A DNA stretch of 64,000 nt, taken from assembly GCA_002269645.1 (NCBI GenBank), contig NIVC01001937.1:1-64000 (forward strand). Direction: 5' to 3'. A model generated the notes under the pieces. The model was given only the letters and a program-made list of their open reading frames with translations. It searched no databases and was not told where the DNA came from. A program made the position numbers and the translations under genes. Positions 44,201 to 56,383 of the stretch are shown here, piece after piece (the first letter of the stretch is position 1; each line of letters starts with the position of its first letter). Origin of the DNA: Macrostomum lignano. Taxonomy: Eukaryota.

Positions 44201-45659
44201 AAACCCGAAAGAGCTACAAATTATTCTAGTTTTCAGGGTTCATAGGTTTCTCTGCGGGAGTTCCACTTGGGACCAGAACTTTAGAATGTTACCGAGTGCA
44301 TTCCTTCTTGCACTGGCATTTAGGTTTGTATTGTACAATGGGTGAGGTTGGATGTAGTAGCAGCCTGGTGAGACAACTGGGAAAATAATTTTAGTACAAA
44401 TTGTAAGCTTTTTTTCTTCCTGGCTCAAGCGGTAGTTTTAGTAGCGTATTACGCTGTTACTTTCGAGAGCTTACAAACTAGGTGTTGAACAAATGACTCG
44501 AGGAAGTCGCAGACGTCTCTACCCTAGCGCCCAGAATAAAACTCGTGGGCTGAGACCGTCCCCTGCCGTTGTCGGGGTGGAAGGCACGTTTTCCGGTTAT
44601 AAGCACTAGACTAGCAGGTTACTACATGACTGGGTTAGTTTGCTCAGGTTAGATTGATTGTTTTGCCAGAGTTGCGTTAGAGGGGTGCGACCTCGAGTCT
44701 TTTTGCTAGTCTTGAACTCGTCATTCGTCAAGTCACTCGTGCACCTCTCGCTCGCCACGCCCAGAGTTGGGCGTGCCCAATGCCCCTCCCCGCCGTCGGT
44801 CTCCGGCTCAGACACCCCGCGCTCATCTCGCTACGAGTTGTGCTTGATCTGAAATGGTCTGCTGGTTGCTGCGGTTTTCATAAACTAGATAAGCCACCCA
44901 GCTCATTTATTTATGTGTTAACTACTTTTAGTTTAGTAGTAAGTTAAACAGAAGCATTTTAATGTATTTTTAAAGCCAAGGCTTATTTATTGGCTCTTAG
45001 CCCCAGCTTAAACCTTCCAACCGCTCCTTTCCACAAGCCCGACCCCAATCACGCCTGCAAGCTTGACTTCTAAACTAATCAGTCATTTCAGCCGCCTTTA
45101 TTTTTATGAAATAGCTTATGTATTCTTCTTTGCTACTGAACAGAAAGTAGAAAGCTGTTTTACTAAGTATATATTATGCCTGAGTGGCCCATCTACTCCA
45201 TTTCAAAAATGTTTATCCAACTTTGTACGAGAGTATCATTTAATATACTTCTTGCATATAAAAACGAAAACATTTAGGCGTATACTCAAAATGCTATGGG
45301 CGATATAAAATATTGAGATGTTTTTATGTGTAATTTATAATTGTGATTCCATTTTCACCTTTCTGTCTTTGATAACTCTATCTCTACATATATATTTTTC
45401 CCTCTCGGGGTAGAGCGCTTCTCCTTTCTAGAGATCTTCCTTTGGGAAAGGGTGCCAGCCGAAAGATTGGGCGCATTTGGCGGCCCCTACCCGCCTACAT
45501 GTATCTCGTGCAAGCTACGATCGTAACGAGCTACGAGCGTATTATGCATCCAGTAAAGAACCTGTAGTCCCTTATCAGTGCCCAGTTGCTAACGGGAGCT
45601 AAACAGAAGAATAGACAAAAAACCAAGCGAGAAAACTGTTTGGCACAAATTTTAGAAAC

Positions 45660-46552
45660 ACCGAAAAACTGCAAAAACAAAGAATAGAGTTGAACACCGT
45701 ATTTGCGTATGTATTACTTGGAAACAAATTAATTCAAAACCGTAGTAGAAAACTAACAAAAGTTAAGTATAAAGTTATAAAAAGTTAAGCTAATTGAGAC
45801 AAATGCGTTACATTAAAAGCTTGTTTTTAGGAGCCACCGTACTAAGTTTTATTACAACTACAAAATTATGGATTAATGAATAAAAAGAACGCAGAGTATG
45901 AACAGCTTATTAAGACCGCACCGGTCAAAGCATTGGTAAAAGTAATGAGTGGAGAATTACAAAAAACAAAATAACGAGAGAAAACGCTGGTACAACACAA
46001 TGCAAATCGAACAGACTTAAAAAAGTACTTTAAGAACTCTCAAAGAAATCGACTATATGTAGCTTATGTATATGTATATGAAAACTGCAAGAACAGATGT
46101 AATAGAGCTGAGAACCGTTTTTAAGCAATGCAAAGTTGCGTATGTATTACTTAAATTTGAGAACAGTAGTAGAAAACTAACAAAAAGTTAAACAGAGTAA
46201 AAGGTAAGAAAGTTAAACAAAATGAAACAAATGCAGCACATTAAAAGCTTGATTTCAGGAGGCATCGAACTGAAGGTTTATTAAAACTAAAAAAACATTA
46301 TTATTGTTATTGTATTGATTAATAAAAAACAAGAAAGCAGAGACTGAGCTGCTTATTAACACCGCACCAGTCAAAGCATTGGTACTAGAATAAAATTAAT
46401 GAGTGGAGAATTACAAAGATTGCCGGTTTCATAATGACTAAAACTGGAGGTTGGCTAGATCAATGAAAAACCGGATGAAAACGAGAAAACGCTGGCACAA
46501 CACAACGCAAATCGAACAGACTTAAAAAGTACTTTAAGAACCTTTCAAAGAA
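45660..46552. repeat. Diverged tandem duplication (~400-470 bp units) downstream of piwi copy A
   Basis: Shared blocks in the same order (TTGCGTATGTATTACTT, AGTAGAAAACTAACAAAA, CATTAAAAGCTTG, CCGCACC.GTCAAAGCATTGGTA, CAAATCGAACAGACTTAAAAAGTACTTTAAGAAC). Confidence 0.85.
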
Positions 46553-46745
46553 CACCAGCGCACATCGGTAGTACAGCTAAAAAACTCAAAATGTCCAATC
46601 AAATATCTTTGCAGCAGTTCCGCTTGTGCTCCTGATAGCCCTGACAAAAATGTTCCTCCACCAAAAACTCTCCAAAACTTTATCAGTCAATCCAACTGAT
46701 TTCAATCAATCAATCAACTCAAAGCACTCAACTGTCGCGATTGGC

Positions 46746-49623
46746 TCAGAGGAAGAACAGCCGGTCGCAAATCTGCGGACTCGGCTCCTCCATCAGGTTC
46801 TGGCCGACCAGGTACGCTAGCCTATGAGCGTAGTGACACGGCGCTGGCACGCGAATCGTGCCGGGCCAGTTAAAGTACAGGTGGGTCAGCTTGTACGTCA
46901 GCTGCTGCACCTGGTCCGGCTTGATGTTGGCGTCATTCACGTCCTCAATCATGTTGTAGTGAGTCGGCGTGACCGTGCCCTGGTTCACGTACTGCGACAC
47001 CAGGAAGAAGTCCACGAAGTTCGGCATCGTGATCACGTCGTCCAGCACGGTGCCGGGGGCCGGGTTCCTCAGCTGGCTGCCCTGCTTGCGGAACATGCGA
47101 GAGCTGACCAGCTTCTTCACCACAATGGCCTTGAAGCCGAGGCTGCTCATGCGCTCGCCGTAGATTTTTGACAGCGACTGCTTCAGCTGGAGCAGCTCCG
47201 AGTTCTTCACCTGCAAACATGATAACATGAATTATAATAATGCACTTGGCGCCAATTTCAGACAACTACTTGAGCAAAAGCTCACCTCCTCCAGCATGGA
47301 GTCGCCCACACCGTCGCGGTACAGGATGATCCGGGTAGGCAGGTCGCCGTTCTTCTCTCTGAACTTCTGCAGGGCCAAGTTGAAGCCGACCTCCAGCCTG
47401 TTGTGCAGCTCGGCTTTGCCTCCCTTTACGATGGGCGAGTACGAGTAGTACTGGGTGAATGTCTCGTTCAGCGAGAACACAATGCCCTGCACCGAGACGC
47501 TCTGCCGCTTGTCGTGATAAGTGTCCATCCCGACGATCATCGTGCGCTTCATCGGGATGCTCACAGCCCAGGCCACGCCGCCCAGCTTGCAGGAGATCTG
47601 CAGGGCCACCTTTGTGGCAACCGACATCACCTTGGCCGGGTTGCGGATGGTCTTGGTCAGGACGCACTGGCTGGGGACCGGCTTGTTCACGTAGCACAGT
47701 CGCTTGATGGAGTCGTAGCGCTGCTTCTTGTTGCTGGGCAGCAGGCAGAACACCAGGTCCAGGCCTTGGTCGATGTTTTCCTCAATCGTCTTCACCCACA
47801 GCTGGTCTCGGTCCTGCGCCACTGCCAGCACGTAGGGCTCGCCGAACGACATGCCGAGTGACTGCGAAGCCCGACTCAGCTTCTGGCAGAAGTCGGCGGC
47901 CGCCTGCTCGTCTCGCTGGGAGTACACGAAGATCCAGTTCTTGCAGTTCACCGGCTGAAACATGCCGTTGCCCTTGAGAGCATTGTCCCAGTCAGCGCGC
48001 TCAGGGTCCACCCTGATGGGTTTAGTCATCTGGACGGTCTCCGGAGCCAGCTGGCGGGCGGTGGCCTCCACAGCGTTGGGCGCTACCGCCAGGCCGAACT
48101 CTCCCAGCACCCGCTGGCACTCCCGGTTTTGGGCCATTGTGCTTGCAAATTTTACCAGCTTGCCGCACCGAGTTGACGGGTCAATCCGAGTGAAGGTGGC
48201 CAGGTCCTTCATCAGGTTTCGGTCGGCCCGCATCTCATCAGTCAGACCGGTCATAAAGCAAACCTCTGGCGGCAGAAGAACGTTCTCAGCCTGCTCTCGG
48301 CGGCCTCCCTTAGTCGGCGGCAGATCTCGCTTGCGCGGCTTCGACATCAGAATCGGCTGCTCACTGTCCGACAAATTGACATTGTACGTCTGGGCGAAGT
48401 ACTGGGCCAGCGAAATCTCCTCGCTCTGGCGAGTGCTCTTATTGTACCTGGGGAAGGTCTCAGTTACTCGCTTATCCCATTCGATTGCGTCAATACGATA
48501 CGTCTTGTTGTTGTGCCGCGTGAGCACTATCTGCCCCACCAAGGCGTCGGTGGCTGCGGCTTGGAAATTGCCGGGATTGCGATTGTACATGTCGTACATC
48601 ACATCCAGAACCGTGCTCATGTGGATGATCTTGTGCGACACGTCAACATGCAGCATCAGAGGTCCGTCAGACGGCTTGATGGCCATCTCGAAGCCGGGCC
48701 ACACCTGGTAAAGGCGATCGAAGAATATTGAGTGAGAGGATTGAGAGCTTGAGAACAAATTTCAATTGTAACTAAAGTTAACTGCAACAGCAGAGCAAAC
48801 CGCTTACCTCCATGCGATGCTGTGGAAGCTTCGTCGCTTGGTCGGGGTAATAAAAGTTTCTGCCGACCATTTGCATGTTGAGGTGGCTCTGGGTTTTTCC
48901 AAGCACTACGTTCATCAAGTGCAACCACTGAGGCGTGTTCTTTTCGATGACGCCAACCTGTCTGATGGCCACTTCTCCGCTCCACGACTTGATGCTGGCA
49001 GCAAACTTTACTCCCTCGGCAGGCGCCAGGGGCTGCTTGGTGTACAGGCAGCCGCCATCGTAGACAAACGGCTTTGGCACCTGCTGGGCATCGTTCAGTA
49101 GCTTCTCGCGCAGCGGCTTCGCGCCCAGCATCGGGCGAAAGTCGGCGGCCAGCTGGTAGGCGCACCATTTGTCCTCGGTGTTGATCCGAACGAAATTCGT
49201 CATCACCTGCACCGGGGCTCCGCTGCTGCCCTTCTTGCCCGCAGCTCCCTCCGGCCGAACATTCGCCAGCTGGAAGCGCAGCAGCTTTCGTTGTAGGCCG
49301 CCTCGGTCGCCGCTGGCTTCGCCGCCAACTCGCAGGCCGGCCATGCGCTCAGACAGCTGGCCCGGATCTCCGGCCTGCTGCGCAGCACCGCCACGTTCGA
49401 CAGCGCGGCCAACACCGCGTCCAGTATTCTGCTGGTCCCCAGGTGGACCAGCAACACCAGCTTGAGCACTCAGGCCTGGTGGTGGAGCTGGACGAGCAGC
49501 AGCGACTGGGGCAGGGGCTGGAGCTGCTGGAGCTGGGGCGAAGCTGGCGCCAGACGAAACCTCCTCAGGGCGTGGGCCTGAGCGACCTCGGGCACGACCG
49601 CGGCCTTTAGGCTGTTGAGACAT
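46746..49623 (-). CDS. piwi: Piwi-clade Argonaute, copy A, 899 aa; exons 49623-48808, 48704-47286, 47210-46746
   Basis: RG-rich N-terminus, PAZ (LTRHNNKTYRIDAIEW), MID/PIWI (LQISCKLGG, GMDTYHD, YRDGVGD, QGTVTPTHY, LTHLYFNWPGTIRVPAPCHYAHRLA...LFFL*). Two canonical phase-0 introns (103 and 75 nt). Catalytic D-D-H residues are present. Confidence 0.97.
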
Positions 49624-49685
49624 GCTGAGTAACTTGGATTGTTGAATAGCATGCAGTAGTGCAAGAAGCATTATAGTGACAACAG

Positions 49686-52610
49686 AAAAAGCAATTTAAA
49701 TGGCATTCTAAATAGAGCTCAGACAAACTCTTTTGGCATACAAAAAATCTCTTTCAAACTTTCTATGCACATTTTGGCATACAAATTCATGTCATTTTTT
49801 GACATAAATATAAGCATATTAATGTAAAGTTTAGAAAACTTTGTATACTCTAAAAAAGTCAAAGATATTCTCTTTGTTTTTTTATTATTAAAATTATATA
49901 AAATCAGTGAAATTATTGCTAAAAACTACAGTTATTCATAATTGTTTTTTGAGGCATAATTTTATTTTATTTTAAAATGAGAATGTTCATACATCTAAGA
50001 AGACTTTTCTTACAAAAAATTCTTTAAAAAACTCACAAAGATAAATTACCTTTTTAAAAGAAATTTTGGTAAACATTTTTGAGAAATTTCTATTTTTGGT
50101 ATATACTAGCATACATTTAGCTAAGATAGGATTCTTATTCTACCATACACTATTACACAATCTGGACCCTGGCTTTCTTCCTTTTTGCCACATTGCTACC
50201 AAGTTGGAAGGGCCAATGCTAGTTCACATTGGTCAGAGATTTATAGCTAATCAAAAAAAGCATGAAGACAGAGGGGGGCATACATTGTAGAGGTTTATTT
50301 GAAAAGTGCAGCAATAAGCCAATCACAAAAAGTGGCATTTTCCAATAGGGTTGGTATATACTTTGGTATTTTTATATACAATATTGGTATACATAGGCCC
50401 AGCATACTATGAACTATGAACATAGATAAATTTAAAAGTGGCATATATTTTGGCATAAAATATTAACTATGGCTATGTTTAGCCTAGTTTTTAGGTCTTA
50501 AATAATATAATTATCATAAATTATTATAAATGACTGCTTAAATGAAAAGTATAATTTTATAGAAATATAAAATATAAGTAGATAGACTTAGTCAATATAT
50601 AGTCAGTTAGTAGGCATGGGGTAGATGCAGATCCAGCAGACCTAGATAACTTAAGCAGTCATACAGACATATATATAAACTATATAGAAACTTACAATTG
50701 TATATATATATATATATAATATAATTGTAAATTTCATATTCTCATATATTTATGTATGTATAATTGATTTAAAAATATTTTTATTAAGTATACAACATTT
50801 TAGTAGGTTATTGAACAACCTAACATTATACTTTAAAAAATATATTAATATAGTGAAATGCTTGTATAATGAGAAAATTTTAACATTTGGATAGAATTGT
50901 TAAAATACACTGCCAATATATATTTTAGATCTAGATAAAAACAATTGAACACTTTCATTTGGCCAAGATATTACTTTACTGAAAAGCACTTTTTTAACAA
51001 TTCATTTATTAACATGGCTACTTTCCAATGTGAGACGCATTGCAGCATTCTATATTATATAGAATATAATATAGGACATAGCTGCTAGGTATATGAAATT
51101 TGCTTTCCAAAGTCTGATTGCCAAACTTGCTTTGTTGAACTTTTATTTATAGAATTTTGCTTGTGGAAATTTGCCTGCTAAAGTTTGCTTATTGATCTTT
51201 GCTTGTCAAACTTACAAGTAAATGTTGTACCCCCATAGCTGTCATAAATAAGCTCTAATATTATAGGCATAATAGTTTGGCTGTCTATAAAATAGCTATT
51301 GAATTGAGACTACATTGTACATGGGATAAAACAAGCAATAAATTATTAAATAAGTTTAGTGAGTAGCAACATCCCCTCTATCTCCTAAGGAGATAGATCA
51401 AAAGCAAGACAGAAACTAAAGGACAAAGTAGAAATAAGTAGGCCTAGGTCATAGATAAGAGTTAGGCTAGGGAATAGCAAAGTAATCAATTGACATGCTA
51501 AAAAAGCCCAGCCAGGCTGGTTATTTGTTGGCCAATATTGCAATATAGATCTAGATAAAATGATTGAATTAAGGGTCAAACAAGATCTTAGCAATCTTTC
51601 AATTTCCTAGGTCTACTCTAAATTATTTAAACCCTTTTTTGAACTTTTTAGAGTCCAACAAGCTCATAGAGTTCTTGCAAAAATTCACAGAGTTCTACAT
51701 AGGGTAGGCCTAGTAATATGTTATCTAGTAGAGAATATAACCAAAGTGCTAATGGGGATGGGGGAAAGCTTGACACCACATAAACTTTTATAAGTATGTT
51801 TTAAACAAATTATCACTGGTTCTGTGCATAGCTTAAAAGTGGCTTTGCAGTTGCCCCACATTCCCTCTATAGTATTTATATAAGTTGCTGGGTTGTTGGG
51901 GTCTCGAATTATGCAATGAATAGTTGACTAATGTGTTATAGGTAGCCTATTGGTCTGGGGTTTAAATAGGCCTAATTTAGAGTGGGAAACCAAAGGATTG
52001 CCTAAGATCTCAATCTTGATCTCAATTATCAAGATCTTGGCACTTTTCTAAATCTCAATCTTTAAGATCTAAGAGTTTTAAGATCAAGTTACTCAATATT
52101 ATATAATTGTTTTTCACCTATTATTAGATCTATCAGTGACATTATATATATAACATATTTAACAAAAAACAATATTAGCACTATTAGGCCCTCATCAGAT
52201 AGAATAGAACAGTAGGCCTTTAAATACTAAATAGGCTATTCAGTGCTAATTAGACTAGGCTTATCTTGAATCACAAAAGTATAATCTTGAGTCTTGAAAA
52301 TCTTGAAAATCTTGAAAATGTGATATTGTCCAACCCAGGCTGCCAGGCAAGCCCTAGACTTAAGTCTAAATGACTAGATCTAAGTTTGGATCTTGGAGCA
52401 AAAATTGGGACTAGGCGGCTAGGCCTAGGGCATTGGGATAGATTTTGAGTCTGAGTGTTAGGGAATCAGGGCATCAGGGTATTTTTGGTCTTAAATGGGC
52501 CTATATTCTGGGGCATGTATCTGCATGCTATGATCCTAACTATGGGCCATGGGGCATATCTGCATATATAATCTTATATTCTTTATCTGTAGATATTATA
52601 GGCCTAATGG
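49686..52610. other. CpG-depleted AT-rich block immediately upstream of piwi copy A
   Basis: 3 CG dinucleotides counted by eye in ~2.9 kb, versus about 18 in the next ~480 bp. Confidence 0.85.
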
Positions 52611-54067
52611 ATTACGAGTATAATATAGCACTGTACATTTCTTAGGGCCTATACGCCGTATGGATTTTAAGTGTATAAATATACTCAACAATTAGTCACG
52701 TGCTGCTAGTGCCATGCCATCCAGCATTCTCTAGGCCTACTTTATGCAAGTCGACATTTTTTGCACTCAAGATTATTAAAAATCGATGCATTCTTCTACG
52801 CAAGGCATGCGCGGGGACGGGTGGTACTTTTGACAGTTGTACTAGGTGTAGATAATTGCATAACTCGACGAGCCAATTAGGGCTTATACAACACAAGTAC
52901 AACATTGGGTTCATAAACGAGAGACGTCCGAGTACTTGCCAAACGATTTCCGATAAAATAGTCAGAACATTTTGCATTAAATACTTAAAACAAATATATC
53001 GTTACTTAGGAAAAGGAAGAATCAACTAAGGAATTTAGATTCCACTAATGTTTTTTTATTGTTTTATACAAGCATTTACGAAGTTCATAATTAGGACAAT
53101 GATAATGAATTTTGATTCTCTTTTTCAATGATTGATGCCTACTAGAAGTAGTAGTTAGGGTGGATACGGGGATGTATCCCCCATTTTGATTATTTATTGA
53201 AAACGAAAATTAGGTTTTCTTGAAAAAAGCAAAATAAAACGGCTTAGACTTAGCAAAATTGCCAAAAATTAAATTACTCGTAAATTACTAATAAAAAGTT
53301 TTAAACGATATTTCCGCAAACCCCTATATAGTTCCTAAAATGCCCTAGAGGCTCTTCATTTGCTTGTTCTGGTTCTAGAACCAGAACCATTTTGTAAAGT
53401 ATAACTTTTTGTCTCATAAACTAGAGGGATATTAGTGCTTTAAAATTGTGATTATTGAATGGCAAAAGCCAAGAACAAAGTGAAAAATGGTGCAAAGTGA
53501 GGCTGTTAAGGCCAGTCAAACATTCAACAAAGTTAAATAGTTATACTGTTTTTTTTCTTGGAAATCCAAACCGATTCTGGTTCTCGAATCGATTGCCGTG
53601 AAGAGGCTCCTAGTCAGGACGTCTGCCAGCTTTATTCTGATTTTAACAAAGTAAAGTGTTTTAGCCTAATAAACATGATTTTGATGATACTTTTTAAATG
53701 CATATTGAAAGCAAAAATAGAAAAAAAAACTATTTTATTAGTCTATAAAAGCATGCTTTAGTGCCAGTCTGACAATCCAGTTGTTTTATATATCATCATT
53801 GGCTTGGCGCATTGGTCTTATGAATCTATTTTTATCATTCGATCTTAGCTGACTGTGTAACAAATTTGTGTAACAGATATGATAAAATAGATTCATAATT
53901 ATAAAACCTAAGAGCAAGCTGTACCACGAATTTTTATGATTTGTACGCACAAGGAAAGTCACGTAGAATAAAAAATAACATACAATGTAGGCTTTAAATT
54001 TTCTGAACGAAAAGCTTTATGAATATCAATGCAGAATTTTAGTGCAGAAAAAAATTAAAACTTCCTA

Positions 54068-55598
54068 CAGTGGCGCACAATGAATTAAGACCAACTAACA
54101 CAAATTCGAACTAACTTCATAACCTACACAGATTGCGGGAGCATTTTGATCTAATCAGATATAGATAACCATGGTATCAATCAATTAAATTAGTAATTTG
54201 TTGGGTCATTACACGCGATTGAGTGTGCTTAATTGGAGTCCCTTATATCACTTTCGAATTCGATAAGTCACACAGTAATAAGACACCTAATTAATTGGGC
54301 TATAGGGTGTTATAAAAGTGTCCCTGCTGATTCTGAAAGTCCAAAACATCTAATTAAGTACTATACCCCAAGCAAAAAGTTATCTCGAACTCTTCTAGAA
54401 TAGGGAAAGGCAGAGCTCCATCGCCTGAGTCGTGTCCAGCAAGCCCTCAAGCCCCTCAGCAGCACAGGCTGTGCCCCAAGACTTGGCAGGGCACCGAAAA
54501 CTGACCACCGACTGGATCGTCGCATCGTGCGAATGCCCGAGTCCAACCGTCGGCTCACCGCTGTGGACATCAGCCGTGATTTCTGGTTTCCAGAGGTGTC
54601 CAGCTGCACCCAATGACTGTCCGCCACCGTTTGGTAGCTGCCGGACTGCATGGCCGCATTGCTAGGAAGAAGCCATTTATCTCCGACAAAAACCGGGAAG
54701 CGGCGCTTGAACTGGCCGAAGCAGCATGCAAGCTGGACACCCCAGGACTGGGCCAAGACCATCTGGAGTGACGAGAGCAAATTTTCCCGCACTGTTTCTG
54801 ATGGCTGCCGGTGTGCGCCGCCGAGCTAGTGAGGAATTCGATCCCAGGTGCACTGTTGGTACCATGAAGCATGGAGGTGGCAATGTCATGGTGTGGGCTG
54901 CGTTCTCTAGAGCTGGACCTGGGCCAAAAACTGGCATTGAGAGCGTCATGGACAGTTAGAAGTACCGTGACATCCTCAGCAGCCACCTACCAGAGGCAGC
55001 AGATGACAGTTTCAGCAGGACAACGATCCCAAGCACACCTCAAAGATTTTGAAGGTATGGCTTGCTGATAACAACATCCACACCATAGACTGGCCAGCGC
55101 AGTCACCAGACCTCAATCCGATTGAGAATCTGTGGAACTGGGTCGAGTGGGACATCCAGAGGCAGCAGCAGCCATCTTCCCTTGGTCAGCTGTACCGTGT
55201 CATTAAGGACTCGTGGGCTTCCATCGCGGCAGAAGTGTCCCAGAAGCTGGTGGACAGCATGCCTAGGCGGTGCAATGTTGTGATTAAGTCAAAAAGACAT
55301 GCTACAAAGCATTAGAGTAGATAGTTTGGTATCAGTGACATTTGCTTTACTTATTTCCCTAGTATTTATCTATGGTCTTATTTCAATGTTCAACCTAAAA
55401 CTGTACTTCCCATTCAAAGATCAGCATTTTGAACTTAAACCTGCTGGAAATTGAACAAAAATACTATACAAACAACAAAAATTAATATTTCTACAAGCTT
55501 TACTTCCAATTTAGTACTTGAATTTAGCTTAAAGACCGGCCAGTATGGCAAAGATAAAATAATTTTACTAGGTGGTCTTAATTAATTGTGCGCCACGG
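54068..55598 (+). mobile_element. Tc1/mariner (DD34E) transposon, 1531 bp, transposase pseudogene ~54363-55316
   Basis: 26-bp TIR CAGTGGCGCACAATGAATTAAGACCA with a near-perfect inverse copy and TA TSDs. Motifs WSDESK, KHGGGNVMVW, QDNDPKHT, WPAQSPDLNPIENLW. Confidence 0.95.
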
Positions 55599-56383
55599 TA
55601 TCTCCGTAGTGTATTTTTTCTGATAAACCTGCTGCTCCCTAAAACTTTCCAAGAAACGTAGTGTCGTGCCACTATTATGTTTCCAGAAATTTCTAAGCTT
55701 GTATACTTACTACTAGTACTATACTACTTGCCAACTGTTCATCATTTGGGATATAATCAAAGTGACCATTATGGGCTACTTAAAAGTAGTAGTGATCGTT
55801 CACGATCGCGAATATAAGGAGGTTAAAAATTTAGTTTTTTGTTTTGCTTTCCCAAGAAGTTTAGTTCCCAAAGAATTATTTGAAACTGCAGTATTTTGTT
55901 TGCTTAAGCTGTGCGGAGGTTTATTGCAGCGAAGTTCACAATCTTATTCCTCAGCTGGCGTACCGCTCAACCTCGGTAATTTCTTGTAAATCTGCTTTGC
56001 ACTGCAATGGGTTCCCCACGGGATGGAACTGCCTGGCGCATCGCTCAGTAGGTCCGAGCCCTGTGTTGCCACCCTCGTCACGAGTTCCTAAGTCTCTACT
56101 GAGAAGTAGGATCTCGCGAGAGTGCGGCTTCCAGCGCCACCTTTAGCTGCGGCCACTGCAACTGTGCCGGCGAATCGGATCGGACTTTATGTTTCACAAC
56201 CTCCTTGTTGCTGCTAATATGAATGCTATGATAGGCTGAAGCATTGAGTAGATATTTAAGAAGCGTGGTACATAGCTCTTCTGGCTTCGGACCCCAAGGA
56301 TGAATCAGGAAGAATGCTAGGTTTCGATGGAGATTTGAATTATGATGCAAGTGAAGGTGCCATGTGCGCCGTAGTGAACAAAC

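Noticed and set aside
44480-44945. Possible solo LTR, or Polinton terminus (ACTACT at 44921)
   Set aside because: No matching second terminus or TSD was found in the window.
45400-45500. GC-rich stem-loop region considered as a further ribozyme
   Set aside because: It could not be fitted to HDV or hammerhead topology.
47962-48711. Antisense ORFs over piwi (also 46824-47171, 47403-47861, 62786-63265, 63371-63943) and over the RT genes
   Set aside because: These are shadow frames of GC3-rich coding sequence.
53366-53387. 22-bp perfect palindrome GTTCTGGTTCTAGAACCAGAAC
   Set aside because: Isolated, with no associated element or function evident.
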